Origin: Camelus ferus
Taxonomy: Eukaryota
Length of the DNA stretch: 64,000 nt
Reading direction: 5' to 3'
Assembly (NCBI RefSeq): GCF_009834535.1
Contig: NC_045696.1
Coordinates: 36,024,001 to 36,088,000, forward strand
The notes beneath the pieces were generated by a model that was given only the letters and a program-made list of their open reading frames with translations, was not told the DNA's origin and ran no database searches. Positions 1-12,170 of the stretch are shown here, piece after piece. Each line of letters starts with the position of its first letter. Within the stretch, counting starts at the first letter, position 1. The translations under genes were made by a program, and so were the position numbers.

Positions 1-915
1 CTCATTTTACACATAAGAAAGCTGAGGTTCCACCATGACTTAAGTGGTTATTCAAATTTACCTGACATTAAAAGCTGGAGCTAAAATCTGAGTGCTCGCT
101 TGCCTTTCCTATACATCATTCTCTTATGTGCAGTATCTGAAAGATGTATTAAATATATATATGATCATTTGAATAACTTTTTAAACTATTAGTAAAAAAA
201 CAAATAATATTATGGAATGATATAATTATACGTTTCTAAATTTCAAATCATTAGACCAACACAGCTGTATATTAAAAAGAAACGATGAAATCTCCTCTAA
301 TAATTTATCACAGGACACAATTTATGGCTTTCTGCCATTTGATAATGAAAGTTAAGTTTCTGAGCTATTTATTACTGGAATCAGGTATAATAACTCATTC
401 TCCAAAAACCAATTTATATAGAAAACATATTCAATACAAAGATGTTTGAGTTCCTTTATTTCTCTTCTGTCATTTGGCAGCAATTTGTGTGTGACTCAAG
501 AAAGACAGAGTAAGAATTGATGGTAGTTATTTCTGCAAGATATGTGGAAAAGACTAAGGATACTGAAAGCATGTGTCAGTTAAAATCATTCATTTTAGAT
601 TAAACTTGTGTTCTGGCAGAGGCAAAAGTACTAAAGAAGAAATCTATCTTTAAAGATTAATAGAGTTTTATCCAAGATTATTCTTGGTCAAAAAAATATT
701 TGTTTGGGTTTTTTTTATAAGCAATTGTGGCCACAGATAGCAGTGGACATTTAAATCTGTTTTCCAAGGTGCATAAATTTTGAACTGACTTTTTCATGAC
801 TTCACAACTTATTTTGAAGGTACAATGGAATGTGTAACCACTGTTCACAAATACTCAGTAAATGTGTCAGTGATCTCTATCATTGAAAATAAAAAATTCT
901 GACTGACAATTTCAA

Positions 916-951
916 CTTTTGAGCTTTTAGTATCTTTTGAGCTTTTAGTAT
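916..951. repeat. Perfect 18-bp tandem duplication
   Basis: cttttgagcttttagtat at 916-933 and 934-951. Confidence 0.9.
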
Positions 952-999
952 TCCAACTCTGAAGTTAGGACTACAAAATCGTGTCTTTTCCCATATATT

Positions 1000-1310
1000 T
1001 CAAACCATTTGGAATGTTTTTCACTGCAGTAATGGACATTGAGGTTATCTCCTCAACAATCATTCCAAACATTCTCCATCATAAAGTAACTGTGTGAGTT
1101 GGATGGGATTGGGTAGACCCTGAGTATTCCACATTCACTGAGATAATCTCAAATTCCTTACTGCCTCTTTTGTCACAGCAATCCACAAAGCAAATGGTTT
1201 TGAAATCTAGGACAAATTCAGTTAATGCATAGCATTTTCCTGGCCACTGAGATAAGTTGAAGATTAGCCCAACCATCACGAAAGTTGGTATTTATGCAAA
1301 GAATTCTGGA
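1000..1310 (-). mobile_element. Ancient RTE-clade LINE reverse transcriptase fragment (MamRTE-like)
   Basis: Minus frame reads MVGLIFNLSQWPGKCYALTEFVLDFKTICFVD, resembling the RTE RT stretch TVDMIFSLRQLQEKC..FVDFxKAFDSVD; stops on both sides. Confidence 0.45.
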
Positions 1311-1849
1311 AACAAATGTCTACCCCCTCCTAATGATATGATTTGTGGGTGTGCCATCAGGCTGCCACTCTGCGGGATATCAATCTAAAAATATAACTGA
1401 AACTAGAGTAGAACAGAGACTTGATCAAACCACAATTATACAAGTTTTTTATCTGAAACTTTTAAAATATGTGAAAAAAAAACCCTTGTAATTTGTCATT
1501 TGAGACAGATTTTATAACAAGTAAGTAGTCATAATTACATCTCCTTAAGTCATAAGGAGAGTCGTAACAAATATTTCTGTAGCTATATGTATTGTGCCTC
1601 ATGATTTTTACAGTTACATTATCTTAGATTATTTGCTAAGCAATTAATTAAAGGAAATATATTTTTATTAATTTGCTTAAAAGGTTAAAAAGCAAATTAT
1701 ACTGTATTTTTAAGTCACATACTTGGCTGATTAGCATCTTTTGTCCTCTTTCTCTGTAATCAAAGAATGTTAAGATGAGAATGGGATCACAATGATCACT
1801 TTATAACAGAATAAGAACTCTATTTTTACATCTTCCTACCTCTTATTGT

Positions 1850-2780
1850 CTTATATTTTACTATTATATATGCTATGAGTCCCACAATATATTGTTATTA
1901 TTGCTACTTAAAGACTGAATATCTTCATTTCATTTTCAAGAATATTTTGCAAGATTTTTTTCTGAATACTAAATTCTATGTTGAAAAGTAAATTTTTTTG
2001 GTTTCCTGTTTTTCTTTTTGTTTGTTTTATCTGTTCATTCCACGGCAGTTTAATGATGATTTATAGTCTTCTAGCCACCAGTGTTTCTGGAAATGTATCA
2101 GCCATAATTTGTATATTCAGTCTCCTCTATTTAATATGTTCTCTTTCTCTAGCTGCTGGTAGATATACTCAAAAGATATTCTCTTTTTGGCCACTTAACT
2201 TTCAAGAGATTAGGTATAATTTTCTTTGCCTTATCCTGTTCAGACATTGCTAAGTTTTTTTGGTGTGTAGGTTGATATAGTTCATCAATTTTGGAGAGTT
2301 CTTGGTCTTTATCTCTTAAAATATCTCTTCTTGCCCATTCATCTCTTTCTGAGATTCCATTTATAAATAAACTGGGGACTGTTACAAATCTCTTCTGTTT
2401 CACTTTTTTCTTTTTGTCTCAGTAGGGATATATTTTATTGACCTGTCTTTAAGTCCATTTATCCTCTTCTCTGCTGTTTCTAAGCTCCAAAGTCTGTTTA
2501 GTGAATTATTCATTTCTTATCATGTTGTCATCATTCTAGTTAGTTCCATTTTTTTATACAACAGATCTCTCTTCCTCTTGCCATTACACCAGAGGTGAGA
2601 GCAACTATGTTAGTTTCCCTCCCAAAAGCAAGTGTATATTGCTTTTGGAGTTTAGTTCTTTTTGTTTCTTTGTGTACTCAGATCTCTGATGGTTTTACAG
2701 AACTAGATTCTGTAGGTTATCTGCATTGTTTTGATTGTTAGGGTAAATCTCTTGCCACTTTCTAAATCTGAACTAAAAAC
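1850..2780 (-). mobile_element. Old degraded L1M fragment (ORF1/early ORF2 region)
   Basis: T-rich + strand with L1M-like phrases (tcagccataattt, ctcttctctgctgtttctaagc, ttagtgaattattcatttc). Confidence 0.5.
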
Positions 2781-3563
2781 AAAAATGTTATGTGGTTTTG
2801 TTTAACTGAAAGATCAAAAACTTATGATACTCAATAATATGATTTTATTTTTAATTCAACCAATAATTCAATCAATAGTCCTGAAAATAGAACAATATAT
2901 CAAGAATCTAGAGACCTATGCTCCGGAACTTGTATGGCCACTGATTACCTGTGGGGCTTGTGGGAATACATTTAATCTTACAGTTTCTCCATGTGTAAAT
3001 ATATTAAAGTGATAACCACTAGAAAGAGAAGAAAAGAATAGCATTCAAATGAGAAATATCATTTAAAGTTCAGTTTCTTTGAAAAGGACAGAAAGAAGGA
3101 ATATGAAACAACTATGATATAATGTTAAAAATTATTAGCTCTGGAAAGTCAATAATACCATATTAGCATTTATAATTTTCCATGTTTTTAGTAAATTTTT
3201 CAGAACTGAGAAATATAATCATAATACTAACACATCACTCCAACCAGTGTAGCAACAAATGAAATAAAGGGAAAATGTGCTAACTGCAGATCAGCTAAAA
3301 TAAGGGGAGTAATAAAGCAAAATCTACAAAACTCACCAGGAAATGTTTAATAGCCTGGTTTTCCACTTGCTGTCAGGTACTTCACTTGTCTGATATGAAA
3401 GCTGGCAGATCCAACTGCTAAATCTCTAGAGAAATTAACAAGAGAAAAAGATTTCTTTTTGAATTACTAAGGCTTTGCAGAATCCTAAGGAGCTCCTCTC
3501 CAAAAAGAGGTATGTAAATAAGTACAGTGTCTTGTGTTGATTTGTCATCTCCAAATGTACTTT

Positions 3564-3725
3564 AAAATACAAGAATTTCTTTAGATTCCACTAATAAGTA
3601 AATTATAAGTATTTGTATTTCTCTCTCTGTTTTATTTCACTTAGCATAATGCCCTACAGTTTAATATAGTGGCAGGATTTCCTTCCTTCTCATGGTTAAA
3701 TCATAAATTATATAATATATATATA

Positions 3726-3797
<72 letters not shown>

Positions 3798-4464
3798 CTT
3801 TATCCATTCATCTGTTGACAGACACTTAGGTTGTTTCTACATCTTGGCTATTACAAACAATGTTTTAAGGAATATGAGGGCGCAGCTCTCTCTGAGATAC
3901 TGATTTCATTTCCTTCAGATATGCACCCAAAATTAGGATTGCAGAATTATATGAAGTTCTATTTTTAATTTTTTGAGGAACCTCATACTGTTTTCCATAA
4001 TGACCACACCAGCAGTGTACAAGGTTTCCCTTTGCTCCACTTGCTCACCTTGTTACTTCTTTTCTTTGTTATAAAAGCCATCCTAACAGGTGCAAGGTGA
4101 CATTTCACTGTGGTTCACAGTAGAATGTGATCACCAGAACCTGAAGGGTGACGGAAGTAGAGAGATGCTGGTCAAAGGGTATATAAGCCCTCAGTTATAA
4201 GATGAACAAGTCCTGGGATCTAATGTACAATATGATGACTATACTTAATAACACCATATTGTATACTTGAAATTTGCTAGAAGAGTAGATCTTAAACATT
4301 CTTACCACAAAAAAAGCAACTATGTGAGGTAATGGATATGTTAATTAACCCAGCTGTGATCATTTCACAAAGTATATGTATATCAAATCATCGCATTGTA
4401 CACTTTAAATATATAAAATTTTATTTGTCAATTATGCCTTAATAAAGGAAAAATACAAGAACTT
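3564..4464 (+). mobile_element. 5'-inverted L1 (L1MA-type 3' end) with TSD
   Basis: Antisense L1 ~3579-4115 joined to sense L1 3' end 4116-4449; TSD aaaatacaagaa(t/c)tt at 3564-3578 and 4450-4464. Confidence 0.85.
3716..3791. repeat. Compound (TA)n(TG)n(TA)n microsatellite
   Basis: Directly visible within the L1. Confidence 0.95.
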
Positions 4465-7329
4465 TAAGCAATATAGCAGACACAGGGTCCAGAAAAATAG
4501 TGGACAGAGCTGTGATATTTAGCAATCACACAGAAGAACAGAATAGTAGGACTTAAAAGGTCTTAGAGAGTTCTGGCTCATCACATTCTTCTAAATGAGA
4601 AACTAAGATCCAGAAAGCTAATATACACTAGAAGTTATTAAAACAAAGAGGTATATAAATCTATTCTTTTAGACTGTTCCTCTCTGCACCATTTCACTGA
4701 CTTGCAGACAATTCCTACTAGAAATTTCAAGGAGAGCTTTAACACTGCTCTCTCCCTCAGTTTTGACCTACTTCCAGTCAGCAACCAAATTTTATTAGTT
4801 CTTCATCTCAAAATTCAAGTTTTTTCAACTTCAACGCATATTTATATTTTTTAATTGTCAAAAGTATAAGTAGAGCTATCGAAAGTACAGAAACCAACCA
4901 TGTGAATTGTGAAACCAAAGGCCCACTCATTTTTTTCTTGCCATAAAATCATGTTATTAACCACTATAGAAAATAAAACCCTCTATTACAACATCCAATA
5001 AATCTGGGTACATTCCCATTAAGCATTTTAGACATTTAACTTCCATGCTTCAAAATATCTGTTACTTCTGTCCATTCTTAAACAGTCCTCTTGTCACTAG
5101 TACCCAATGTTTACCCTTTATATTTCATTTTTATCTACTTGCAGTCTTATTGCCCTAAGACATAAATTAGATTTTGCTATTTCATTCTTCAAAGGTATTC
5201 ATCACCTTCTAGATACACACACATGGACACACACGCTCATGCATGCACATACACACACCCTAAAATACGGCATATAAGAATTTCCATGGGATAAAACCTG
5301 GAATCAATTTCTTTGCTTCATCAGAGATGGAATGGAGACTTAAAGAGGAAAAATAAAAGATACTTAGATTAATACTAGGACTCTAATTTGGGAAGAACTT
5401 GGTTCAGGAAAAGGATATTGTGAAGGGCATTGTTTAAATTCCTGAAAGCAGTGGCTAGCATAGAGGATTAAACCTAGCACTACAGCTTACAGTCAACATT
5501 TTAAGGAAGAATGTTCCAATGTATCTAAAATCCTCACCCTACCTGTGCTTGAAAAGCACAGTCATCAATCATTCTCACTTTTATGAGTAGAATAACTTCT
5601 CTTCCTACTATTTAAGACACTGTTCACTAATCATTGTAAAAAAATACACCCTAGCAAGTCCGACCTTGCAAGAAATAGCAAGTGATCAATGCACACCTAA
5701 TGAAGTAGGAGAAAAGCTCAAACTGCATGTATGTTGGAGGAAGTGGACTTTATATGCCAAATGTTGACCCTTGCCAGAGAAAACAGGATACCCTAATCGG
5801 CCACTTACCATTCCTTATTAATATACCCAATTAGGAGAGGGTAAGTGAAGGCAGTCCATCCAATTCACAGGAAATGGGTTCCCCAAAGGAAAGAAGAATT
5901 TTTGTGCCATAAAAGAAGGAAAAAGAAAAGAAATAGTTCTGGACAGTATACCAACTAGTCTCTTAAAAAGCATAAAACGAAATATAAGTGAGAATTTGGT
6001 AAGAGATCTGCATTCTCTACAAATTTGCTATTGTAATTAAATGGTTAATTTTTAAATACACAGAATTAGGTATAAGCATTTTATTAAGTGCAAATTATAC
6101 AATGATCAGATTCTGTAACTTCATTTAAATATTTTTGGTTTTATATTCTTGACTACTTTTATTTTACTACTTGTAACTGACTAATATTCCCATAATAATT
6201 AGTGTTAATACTCTCCAAACTATTCTGGGTACCATATAGTGTCTCTTTACTGAGGAACCCTAAAACACACATTTGTGGGTCTCCTCCTCCCCCTACTGAA
6301 GATGGCAATGATAACATTTTTTGAATATTTACTATATTCCAGGCACTGTTTTAAGTACTGTATATGTTTTAACCATTTAGAGCACATATCCTAATTCAAA
6401 GAAGAACTTAGCAAAAGTTTAGAGTAATTATTTGGTTAACTTGGCTTTAAAATGAAAAATTGGCTCTCACATAGCAATGCTGTTTAAATTAATGTAACAG
6501 ATTTTCTTCATGAGGCTTTTTTTTTTACAAACTCTCATTTGCATGTATGAAATCTTGCTGTGAGGCTGCATAAGGCAGAATTAAAAATAGATTTAGTGTG
6601 CATTATATCTCTATCACATAAGAAAGACCTAAATGAACTCCGCAGGTCTGTCACACCCTTTGGTTATTTAAAAAACAGAACTAAATTTGTGTGTTCAGCT
6701 ATGATATCTGGTCAGGTCATACTACAATGTTCAAGACTAGGTCATCTAATTATTGTTCTGTGTACACAGAGCTTACCCACTCTAAAATAGTGACAAATCA
6801 AGTTAAAATCATGCAATAGAAAGGCAGAAGGCTTAATGTAGCCATTTAATATATAAATAATCTACAACTGAAACAAAGTGAAAAGACTTTTGTCACAATG
6901 ACAAGCTAGAAATGCAAAATGTGAAAACAGATGGATCCAATCCATGGCTATGGAAAACACAGACACTCTTATCATTATTTTCTGTATCAACTTAATTGAG
7001 CAACCAAAGTAATTCTCAGAATTGGTTCTATTTGAACAAGGTTGTAAGTATTTCTATGTCAGAAGAACTGACGATTATATCATTACTTGAACAAGCAGGA
7101 GTTTGTGTTTTGATAAATACTTGGGGGAGATCATTAGGAGAGACCCTGTAATAAAAAGGCAGTTATCATATATAGATGCTACATTTAAATTTACAATATT
7201 CTTATCTTAAAAATGTAGAGAGAAATCAATATGAAAAACCCTATGAATAAATATGTTGATTATGTTTTCCAAACTAATAATTCAGAGATCTACAATAACA
7301 AAGGACTTTTACTTCTCATCTGTGATTAT

Positions 7330-8700
7330 TCTAAATGGGAAGTCATGAAAGTAAAATGTATGAATTCATCTTTTCTTTTTGGAAATGTGATCATATTAAA
7401 TTAAAACTAGATCATATAAACTATACCTAGAATCCATTCCATAAAGCAGTTTTAAAAAAATTATTTTTGCTATTATTGTCATTTTCTTCTATTCTTTTTT
7501 CTATCAAAGCCATTCTTAGGAGATTTCTATTCCTAGGCATCTTAGAATAACAGAGAAAGGATTCACCAAATGATGCTGGAATGATTGAATATCCAAATGC
7601 AAATGACGAACCACAAACTTTACCAGACATCATACAATATAGTAACTGAATATGAATGGATCATAAACCTAAATGAAGACCTAGAACTATAAAATTTCTG
7701 TGACCCTGCATTAGCAAAGACATATAAGATGTAGGACACAAAAAGCACTAACCATAAAATAAAATATTGATAAAATATTAAAAGTAAAGTTTTTCTTTCC
7801 CTTTCAAAGACAGTTAAGATAATGAAAAGGCAAGCCACCCACTGGGAAAAAAATATTTGCATAGCATATGCCTAAAAAGGTATTGGTATGCAGAAAATAC
7901 AAAGAATCCTTAGAATAAGACAAATTACCCAATAAACCATGGATAAAATATCTGAATAGAAAATTCACAAATATGTTATATAAATAGCAAATAAGCACAT
8001 GAAAAAGTCTTCAATATCATTAGTCCGTATAAAATGTGTAATAAACATCATACCAGTATACACCCACCAGAATGGTTAAAATACTTTTAAAAACTGGCAA
8101 GTGCCATGGAGAATATAGAACAACTGGAACTCATATATTGCTGGAGGAAATTCAAAACAGTATGCAACCTGAAAAACAGGGTAACACTTTCTTATCAAAC
8201 TAAACCTACACTCAAGCAACTCACTAACTCCACTCTTAGACATTTACTCTAGAAAATGAGAGCTATGTCCCCACAAAGACTTGTTCCACAAGGTTTATTG
8301 GAACTTTATTTATTAAAGATAAAAATTGGAAAAAATCTAGGTGTCCATCAACCAGAGAATGAATAAATTCTGAAATAAAAAGGAAAGAACTAATGATATA
8401 CACAAGAGCATGGATGAATTTTCAATCATCAAGCTAAAAGAAAGCAGCTTGACAGTAAAGACAGCAAAGACCTACACACTATATGATTCTATTTAAATGA
8501 CATTCTTAAAAAGGCAAACTATAGGGAAAGAAAGAAAATGTATGCCAGAGACTGGCTGGGAACAGGGATTAACTGGAAAGGGGCACAAGAAATTTTGGGA
8601 GTGGTGAAAACGTTCTATTATCATGATTGCTCTACTGGTTCAAGCCATGTTACTTTGTACACTTAAAGTCAGTATGTTTTATGGTACATAAGTTATAACT
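7330..8700 (+). mobile_element. Old L1 (L1MC/ME-type) ORF2 end and 3' UTR
   Basis: L1 phrases: tggatcataaacctaaatg, aaaaggcaagccacccactgggaaaaaatatttgc, gtgtccatcaaccagagaatgaataaa, atatgattctatttaaatgacattc. Confidence 0.8.
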
Positions 8701-8703
8701 TAC

Positions 8704-9070
8704 AGATACAGACTGATTGTTTGTGTCCCCGCAAGTCCACAAGTTAAAGCTCTAACCAGCAGTGTGATATTACAAAGTGGAGCCTTTGGGAGGTGGTTAG
8801 GTTTAGATGAGGTCATGACAGGGGAGCCCTATGTGGGATTAGTGCCCTTCTAAGAAGAGATATCAAGATCTTTCTCTATCTGTGTCATGTGAAAATAAAG
8901 CAAGGAGGTAGCCATCTGCAAACCAGAAAGAAGCCCCTCACCAGGAACTGAACAGGCCAACACCTTGATTTTGAACTTCTCAGCCTCTAAAACTATAAGA
9001 AACAAATGTCAGTTGCTTAAGCCACCTGATGTATGTTATTTTCTTATAGCAGTCCTAGAAGACTAAGACA
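8704..9070 (+). mobile_element. MaLR solo LTR (MLT1A-like) inserted in the L1 3' end
   Basis: Starts gactgattgtttgtgtcccc, contains ggagcctttgggaggtggttagg, ends ttatagcagtcctagaagactaagaca. Confidence 0.85.
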
Positions 9071-11344
9071 TTCATTGAAGCTTAATTTACTAAATAAATA
9101 AACAGTTAGGTCTTGACCTAAAATTACTGAGGATATCGAACAACCTTTCCTTAATGTATACTTCAAACTAAGTATAACCAAATCTGTGGATCTCATTGTG
9201 GCCACATAGCCAGAGGGCTACTGAGTATGAAGCTTAGAACAAAAGCTACACAGAAAGCCCTGGACCATGAATTTAGGAGAATGCATTAAAGTATTAAGCC
9301 CTGGTTGGGGGTGGGGGTGGTATAGGAGAGAGAGAGCTGGCAAATGTTATATTTCTGTAGGAAATAGCAGCCAAGGCTGAGGCAAACTTCCCCGTTCGTA
9401 ATTCCCTCTATGTCCATCTGCCAAGAAAAACTGAACAGCAGCAGCACCAGCTGTTCTTGTTGCTCCACAGATTGCAGGCCATGTTTCCCAAATTAACATC
9501 TCACCAATGCTTACCCACGGAGCTTACATAAGACAGGAACTCAGTCAAGATGGGATGTGGGAAGAGAGAGAAAGAAACAAGGAAGTCTGATCACAAATTA
9601 GGGAGCAGACAGCAAGGAGCTGCCTATCTGAAGGACAAGCAGCACAATCTGCTGAGAAATTAAAACAAGGTCAATTGCAGAGGCAGACAAGGAAGGGGAG
9701 CAAGTGTCTGAGAAGTGAAAGTAGGGTAGTAAGGCTGTGATTCAGTACTTTCCCTCCCTCATTTCAGAAGAGAAAGGGGGGAAAGTGAAGAGTACTATTA
9801 GTACTGTCCATATGCCAAGTAACGAACTTAATGTACTGTTTCACATTAGACAGATGCTCAAAAGTTACGGATGAAATGAATTATGTCAAGAGTATGCATT
9901 GCTTTCAATAGTAAGATGACAATTCTTCCCAACTTGCTAAGGAAAGTGCCCTGTAATCATATAATAAGAGGAGTCTCATTTATTCTGTTTTGAGAATTTT
10001 ATCCCTGAGCCCATATGCCTTAGGTGCCTGGAGCAGAAATGCTTTCCTTTAGCTAGTGGCTGCTCTACCAGGGCCAGCACATTCCCAAGTCACCTGCCTA
10101 AAATGTGAAGTGAAAGCTCTTGAAGTGGAAAATTCTGTTGGGGAGATGAAAAAGGGAAGTCACCTTTTCTTCTCTTTTCTTCCTCACCTTACTCTTCCCT
10201 TCCTTTCCCCAGTTTCCTCTATCTACCATCTCCTCCTGTTAGGCTCACACTAGACAAACAGAGCGGGCTGAAATAATTCCCATGCTGTCATAGATGGCAA
10301 AACAATAAGGAAGCATCCTCTCATTTCATAAAGTGTCCATCCCAGCATCCTCTAAAGTAATCAACTCAGAACACAAAGCATGATGGAGACAAGTGTACAT
10401 GATTCTATGTCATATCATTTGGTAGGGCTGGAGTAGAGGGGTTTAACCAATCTAGCAATTTTAATTGTGAATATAAAAGCTTAAAGCATTTATCAGTGCT
10501 CCCATAATATGTTTCTTGAAAGCTACAGGAAAAAAAAAAAGGTTTTCTAATTTAGCTTACTCAATTTACATCCATTATAAAAAAAATCAAAAATGTTTAT
10601 GACTTTATTTTGCACAGTATGCAAAAGTGAATATTCTATTTACCTTTGTAAAGTCAAATAAAAATTAATAAAAGCCATGGAAGAATAATTAAAATGAGGG
10701 CTAAATATATTTTAAATGAGATACATATATTTTCTCTTTTCTCTGAAACATATAATTCAAATATGTTTATGCATTTCTTATTTAAAAGATAAATGAATAT
10801 AAAAAAACTAACTTCAGTTTATAAGACAAAACAGATACTTCCTCAGTTATCAAACAGTATGTGTAATTATCAAGAGTTTTACTGCGAACAAGTTAACTGG
10901 GCTTGGGAGTCATGTTGGTGAGCCTTCATTTTCTTACTTGCATTCTAAAAGGATGGCATAAATAATCCTGATTTTTATGAAAAAAACCTTTAAAAGTTAC
11001 TTTTTTAATAGGAAATAATAAATTTATAAAGTTCTATAATTAATGTCTAAAAATAAAATGAAGAGATATGCATAGTGTTGTGATTCAGACGTTTTTGTTT
11101 GCTATCTCGGTGAGGGCATTAAATTCATTGGTTTTATTCTGCAGTGTTTCCGAGGGTTTTGAAACATTTACGTATTCTGTTGCTGGATCAAATTGTAAAT
11201 GCCACTTGCAAATATTCACATCCAGAATAAATTTTGCTTGAGACAGGATTATGGAAATCTTTTGAAAAAATAACCTTAGAAAAACAAATTTAAATCCTCT
11301 CCGCCCCTCCCCCAAAATAATCATAAAATATAGGTTTCAGGGAG

Positions 11345-11600
11345 GTAGAGTACTACCATGATTAACAGAGCGAAATAGTGCTAAGAGTCTGATCCATAAG
11401 ATTAGGACTATCAGAGTTCAAATCCTACCCGACTGCTTTCTAGTAATATAATCTTGAAGTTATTCAAACTGCATTAGTTTTCCCTTCAGTGAAATGAAAG
11501 GAAGCAGAACCACTGCTTTTATTGTATTCCTGTGAGTAGTAAATGATGTATAAAGCAGTTAAAAGAGTAGCAGAAGCATGAATAAATGTCAGCTATTTAT
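11345..11600 (+). mobile_element. MIR SINE
   Basis: gagttcaaatcc B-box remnant, cagtgaaatg core, aataaatgtcagctatt end. Confidence 0.6.
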
Positions 11601-12170
11601 TTCTGAACAAATATTTGTGGAGTGACTGCTCTGGGCATTGTTCTAGTTGCCTGAGAGACAGTAATGAACACAAGACATTAAAATACTTTCCTTCATGAAG
11701 ATTACATTCTAATGGGAAGATGAACAATAAACAATGTATAAAATATATATTCTTTTTATGAGAAGTATTATATAGAGGAAAGACAAGAAATCTCAGAGTG
11801 AGGGATGCAAGGGAAATATCACTGAAAATGTGGCATACGTGAGAAAGAACTTAAGGGAAATGAGAGCAAACCATAAAGTTTTCTCCAGAAGGAAAGTTTT
11901 CTAGGCAAAGGAAACTGCAAGTGTGAAGGCCTTGTGGAAAAGTGAGCTTGATCTGCAGGAGGGACAACAAAGAGATCAGAGTATCTGGAATGGAGGGAGC
12001 AAAGTGGTGAGTAATACAAGCAGTTAGACAGGTGCGGTTGGGGTGGGGAACAGTGCGTGGTATAGGAAGAAGGTCACAAAGGGCATTGAGTGATATGGGA
12101 AGCTATTGGAGGGTTTCAAGCAGAGGAGCGGCATGATCTGACTTATAGTTTACCGAGATTCCTGTAGCTA
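11600..12170 (-). mobile_element. L2 LINE 3' fragment
   Basis: aacaaatatttgtggagtgac..., gcaaaggaaactgcaagtgtgaaggcctt, ggagggtttcaagcagaggagcggcatgatctgactta. Confidence 0.8.
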
